Source of the DNA: Hyaloraphidium curvatum SAG 235-1
Taxonomy: Eukaryota; Fungi; Monoblepharomycota
NCBI GenBank assembly: GCA_025558095.1
Contig: JAIVFI010000017.1
Span: 558,001-622,000 of the forward strand
Reading direction: 5' to 3'
Length of the DNA: 64,000 nucleotides
The notes below the pieces were generated by a model. That model was not told the origin of the DNA. It saw only the letters and a program-made list of their open reading frames with translations, and ran no database searches. The translations under genes were made by a program, and so were the position numbers. Below, piece by piece: positions 59,218 to 64,000 of the stretch (position 1 is the stretch's first letter; each line of letters opens with the position of its first letter).

Positions 59218-59726
59218 CTCATCGATGTCGAAGTGTTCGATTCATAACCATGTGTTTGTCCCAACAACGCCTAGCTGGATTCTGATCTGGTGCCCGGTCG
59301 CGGCTGTCGTGTGAAGATCTGTTGGCGCGAACTGTGCATCTACCTAGTAGACACTTCGCATTATGCGAGTGCATGTCGTGCCGATCCCCCCGTACGTGGG
59401 ACGACGGGCAGCCGGCCTCGCCGCCGCCGCTGGATGCCATCAAGCAAGAGGGCGAGGTGCACGCTCGTACCGCACCGCAGTCGTCTAAACCACCAAGCGC
59501 CAGCCTTGACACCACGCCGCAGAACCGGAAAAAATGCTCACCTGAGGAGGCAGATTCCCCGCAGGAGGACCAAAACCATTAGCAGGCCCGCCGAAAGGGC
59601 CGTTGCCGAGAGGGATCAGGAAGGCGGCGGCGCGGTGAGTTAACTGCTCGAGGCTGGGCTGGCGCGAGGCGGCGCGACGCGCGACGGGTAGTCAATCTTC
59701 CGCCATTCCCCCGCGCGAATCTCGAG

Positions 59727-60980
59727 ATGCCCGACGCGCCGCTCCTCCTCATAACCGGCATATCCGGCTACTTTGCCTCCGTCCTCGCCGCCTACGCGCT
59801 GGCGGCGGGCTACCGCGTCCGCGGCACAGTCCGACGCGTCGGAGACCCAAAGACGGACCCAAAGACCGCCGGGCTGCTGCGGCTCACCGGGCCCCACGCA
59901 CCGGTGGAGCTAATCGCCGCCGACTTTTCCTCGCCCGATGGATGGGCGGACGCGGTCAAGGGCGTCACATATGTGCTTCACACCGCATCGCCTGTGCCCA
60001 CGGATCGCGTTCGGGACGCGGAGAAGGAGGTGGTGGGCCCTGCGGTCTCTGGAGTCTTGCTGGTGCTCGAAGCAGCGGCGAAAGAAGGCAGCGTTAAGAG
60101 GGTTGTGCTGACGGGCTCGACGGCGGCGGTCAACGAGGGGAGATACGCGGAATGGAAGGCCGGCAAAGTGTGGGTTCCGTTCAGCCGCGGGCCGTGACGG
60201 ACGAGCTGATGCTTTTGTCGGTGCAGATTCGACGAGAGCGACTGGAGCGACGAGTCCAAGTGTGGACCGTATCCGCTTTCCAAGACGCGAGCCGAGAAGG
60301 CCGCATGGAACTTTATGATGACCCATCCCGCCACTGGATTCGACCTCTGCGTGCTCAATCCCGCCTTCATCATAGGACCGTGCCCGTCGGACACTCCGGG
60401 CTCATCTGCCACCCTCTTCCGCCGCCTCCTGAATCGGGAGATGCCTGGGGTCCCGGATCTCATCTTCTGGTCGATCGACGTGCGCGACGTGGCCCTGGCT
60501 CACCTCCGCGCGATGCTGCGGCCCGAGGCAGGCGGCAAACGTATCATCCTAGCCAATGAAAGCCGCTCCATGAAGCAGATAGCCATGGACCTGGCCGCGG
60601 AATTCGGAAAGCACGGATATTCGGTTCCGACAGGGACGATACCGTCATGGATTCTCCGTCTGGCGAGCCATTTCGACGGCGCGCTGGCCATCGTGGCACC
60701 CGTGCTCGGGCTGACCCTGAAGATGTCGACCGCGAGGGCGGAGGAGCTGCTGGGGATGCGGTGGCTGGACCTGCGCAAGGCGTCAACCGACGCGGCGCAC
60801 TGCTTCATCGCCAAGGGTCTGATCGGGACGGGGAAGCCGCCGATAAAGGCTGGGGAGGTGATGGTGGCGTCCGAGAACTGGCGATCTTTCGCGCCGGCGC
60901 CGGCGGGCAGCCCGCTGGAGGTCCGCAGGCGCTACGCATTCGCGATGGATGACATCGAGGACGTTGTTTGGAAGGCTTGA
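59727..60980 (+). CDS. NAD(P)-dependent extended SDR (dihydroflavonol reductase/aldehyde reductase II-like), one intron
   Basis: ITGISGYFA, VLHTASP, KRVVLTGS, YPLSK, LNPAFIIGP, IDVRDVALAH. Confidence 0.92.
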
Positions 60981-61212
60981 ATAGGAAGGCTTGTCTTTTG
61001 TAATCGATGATTCCCGTTCAACTTGAGGATCTCGCTGACCCTGAAGTCCCTGGACCCCGCCGCGTCCCCCCGAACCCCGGAAACGTTGGCCGATCGCTGT
61101 TGGGCGCGAATCGCGCGCCGCCGACGTAGGCCGACCGCTGTCGGACGCGAATCCCACGATAGCTAGAGCGTTGAGCACCCTGAGTGCTCACGACCGCTGC
61201 CCGCCCGCAACG

Positions 61213-62592
61213 ATGTTCACGCCCTCGCCGGCCGCTGCTGCGCACCAGGTCGAGCTGGCGGTCAGCGAGGCCCACGCGAAGGAGTTTAAGCACCCCATTC
61301 CGTTCAAGCACCCCGACTGGCCCGCCAACGTGGTCGACATCCAGCTGGGCTCCATGGTGTACCCGCACCTCTACCTGGGGACGGTCAACTCCATCTGCTC
61401 GGACCCGGACGAGTTCGGCGCCGTCGAATTCCTGCGCCAGCGGAACGTGACACACATCCTGACCGTAGCGGGCGAGATTGAGGACGTGCCCGACATCCCG
61501 AAGCTGGAAGCCGCGCTGGGAAGACCCTTGGGCTGGTTCCACGTTGTTCGAGCATCGGACACGCCTGGATACCGCATCATCACCGACTTTGTCGACTGCT
61601 ACTCCTTTATCGAGGGCGCCTTGGCGCCGTACTACCGTGCCCTGTACGAGAAGTCCCTGGCGGACAAGGAGGGCGGAGCCCCCGAGGGCAACCCGGACCT
61701 GAAGAAGCCCGTGAAGCGACGGAGCTGGCTCTACCGCGCGTGGCACGAAATCAAGCACGACCTGCCCGGGCTGGGCCGCAAGAACGGTCCCGCGCTGCCC
61801 AAGGGGTCCAAGAACGCGAGCTACCTCGTCAAGAAGGGCGTCGAGCGCGGGAACCTCAACTTCCCCTGGCTGTCGCACCGCAGCGACTCCCCGGGGCGTT
61901 CGGCTTCGCCAAAAGGGCGGCCGGGGTCGCCTGGCGGAGGGAGGGCGGGGTCACCGAGCAGCGCAAGGCCCGGTTCGCCCCACCAGCGCGCCAACTCCCC
62001 CTCGGAAGGCCGGCCGGTGCGGCCCGACACGCCGAACGATCCCGACGACGAAGAGGAGGACGACGGCACGGACTACCCATCGCAGATGGAAGACCACGAG
62101 GCGGAGCACGAGCGCGTCGCGACCCTGGTCAAGGACTACTACGCCCATCCGTTCGAGGTCAAGGACCTGCCCGATCCGCTCGGGGAGGAGGGGCACATGT
62201 ACCCGACCGTCCTCGTGCACTGCCAGATGGGGGTCGGTAGCAGCTCGTGCACCGACCGCTTTTTGCTTACCTTCCTCAAACCCCAGATCTCCCGCTCCGT
62301 CACTGCCACAACCGCGCACCTCCTCCACCTCTCCGCCAAATTCCCCGACCTCCTCCCTCTCCTCCTCCCCACGCCGGACTCGATCCCGCCCAACGCTACC
62401 TACCAGCAGGCCCTGGCCTACGTCCAGGAGCGCAGGCCCGTCGCCAACCCCAACCCGGGCTTCAGGAAGCAGCTCGAGGCGTGGCAGAGGATGGGGTCGA
62501 CGCGGATCAAGCACGACTCGCAGGCCTGGGCGGACCTGACGGGGAAGCAGCAGGAGCCTTCGAACAAGATGCTCTACGTGCTGACGGTTTGA
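61213..62592 (+). CDS. Dual-specificity protein phosphatase with a long internal insertion
   Basis: HLYLG, NVTHILTV, spliced VLVHCQMG|ISRS, RRPVANPNPGFRKQL. Confidence 0.88.
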   Translation: MFTPSPAAAAHQVELAVSEAHAKEFKHPIPFKHPDWPANVVDIQLGSMVYPHLYLGTVNSICSDPDEFGAVEFLRQRNVTHILTVAGEIEDVPDIPKLEAALGRPLGWFHVVRASDTPGYRIITDFVDCYSFIEGALAPYYRALYEKSLADKEGGAPEGNPDLKKPVKRRSWLYRAWHEIKHDLPGLGRKNGPALPKGSKNASYLVKKGVERGNLNFPWLSHRSDSPGRSASPKGRPGSPGGGRAGSPSSARPGSPHQRANSPSEGRPVRPDTPNDPDDEEEDDGTDYPSQMEDHEAEHERVATLVKDYYAHPFEVKDLPDPLGEEGHMYPTVLVHCQMGVGSSSCTDRFLLTFLKPQISRSVTATTAHLLHLSAKFPDLLPLLLPTPDSIPPNATYQQALAYVQERRPVANPNPGFRKQLEAWQRMGSTRIKHDSQAWADLTGKQQEPSNKMLYVLTV

Positions 62593-62721
62593 GTCCGCGC
62601 TTCTTCGTATGTAAATGCTCTTTCGCCACGTAATGTATCGCATGGACAAGCGACTTTCCCGACCGACCGAAGACCACATCAGCATCGCGAAAATCCATTC
62701 TTCCCCCGTCACGTACACCCC

Positions 62722-64000
62722 TCAAGGCTGCTGCAGCACCTCGACAAACTTGTCGTTCCTCTTCTTCGCGCTCTTTGCCCCCGGCTTCCCGCCCTTTTCC
62801 GCCCTGAGCATCTCCTTGCGCCGCAGCACGATCGCGTACGGGTTCAGCCGCGCCAGCACGCCCACGTTGCGCAGGGGGTTCTTGCGCTGCGTGAAGGGGC
62901 GCTTGGTGTGCTTCTCCTTCGCGGGGTTGAGGACGGATTGGACCTGTCGGGGGGGACGCGGATGTGAGCAGGAGAGCGGGGCAGAGCGGCGGCGGGACGC
63001 ACCTCGTCCGAGTTGATGATGCGGTCCAGGTCGGGCATCGTCATCGGGCCGTGGGGCAGGGTGAAGCCGGACTTGACCTCGCTCTTCTCCGAGGTCGTGC
63101 CAAAGATCTTGTCCAGCTGGGCAAACGCGGGCTCGGTCCAGACCACGAAGCGGCCGATGTGGCCGCCGGGGGCGAGCTGCAGGAGGTTGAGGGCCGAGAC
63201 GGGGCACTGCGGGGACGCGCGTGAGCGGGCAGCAACTAGGCGGGGCGGGAGGAACGCACGAGCTCGACGCCGGGGATGTTGCGGAAGGCCTTGACGATGC
63301 CCTCGTCCTTGTCGTACACGATGAGCGGGCCCCTGCGCATCCGCCACCTCCGGTTCCGCAGCTTGCCCTTGCCGGCGCGGAGCTTCTTGCTCGCCGCGGC
63401 CTTCTCCACGTCCTCGAACGCGTTGACGGCCTTGAGCAGCTTCACGGCCTCCTTGGTCGTCTTGACGCCCGTCTCGACGGCGGCGTCCAAAACGAGGGGG
63501 ACGTGCTCGACCTTGGAGATGCGGTGCCCGCGGGCCTGGACCAGCGAGGGCACGGCCGAGGCGGCGATGGCCGACACGGTCGCGTAGCGGCGCTGGCCCT
63601 TGGAGATCTTGATGTGCCACCGGCGCCAGGTCTTGGTGGGCGCGAACATGCGACCCTTGCGGACCATGTTGCCGAAGGCGGCCTGGCCGGCGCGGTGGGT
63701 GCCGCCGCCCGACACACGGGGGATACGGGCGACGGCGCGCCCGGTGCCCCACGACTCGGCCGAGGTCTGGTGGCCGGCTGTTCAGGGCGTGTCAGGGCAA
63801 TGTCTACGATGCACGGAGGTTGGATGCTCACCGGTCTCGCTGACGGCGTACGGCTGCCTCTTGTTCTTGTTCATGCGCGTGTGCACGTCCTGCACCACGT
63901 CGGGCCGGATGGGCGCCCGGAACACGGCGGGGAGCACGATGGTGGCGCCGCTGGCCGCGCCATCGACGCCGTACACGGGAACCTGGGGAATGGCGGCCTG
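62722..64000 (-). CDS. RPL4: 60S ribosomal protein L4 (uL4); 5' end lies beyond the window
   Basis: [57 protein letters not shown]. Confidence 0.97.

Overview
This is a eukaryotic, GC-rich, gene-dense window with short GT-AG introns, a chitin synthase, kexin and RPL4. It is therefore fungal, and probably an early-diverging zoosporic lineage (inference from style and gene families). The first 11.7 kb is one secreted Cys-repeat (STIG1-like) gene, disrupted by two independent insertions about 170 bp apart. Insertion 1 is a 5.5-kb chromovirus (Ty3/Gypsy, Tf1/sushi-type) LTR retrotransposon with identical 131-bp LTRs and a self-priming PBS. Insertion 2 is a 4,745-bp AT-rich, CpG-poor DNA element with 673-bp terminal inverted repeats, TG...CA ends and a 5-bp target-site duplication. 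It encodes a viral-type SF3 (D5/NrS-1-like) helicase and an F-box-like protein, but no recognisable transposase, integrase, polymerase or capsid. This element is the best candidate for an undescribed system. Second is a five-member family of 7-TM membrane proteins with a conserved CPCxxC motif and gustatory-receptor/7TMIC-like architecture. The rest comprises metabolic and housekeeping genes: two flavin monooxygenases, enoyl-CoA hydratase, a P-loop kinase, SDRs, amidase, kexin, D-aminoacylase, epoxide hydrolase, Nudix, chitin synthase, a dual-specificity phosphatase and RPL4. There is also a head-to-head pair of ankyrin-kinases, and accessory genes (MYND, Sel1) that sit next to duplicated 3' ends of neighbouring genes. 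Exon boundaries were read by eye and are approximate.
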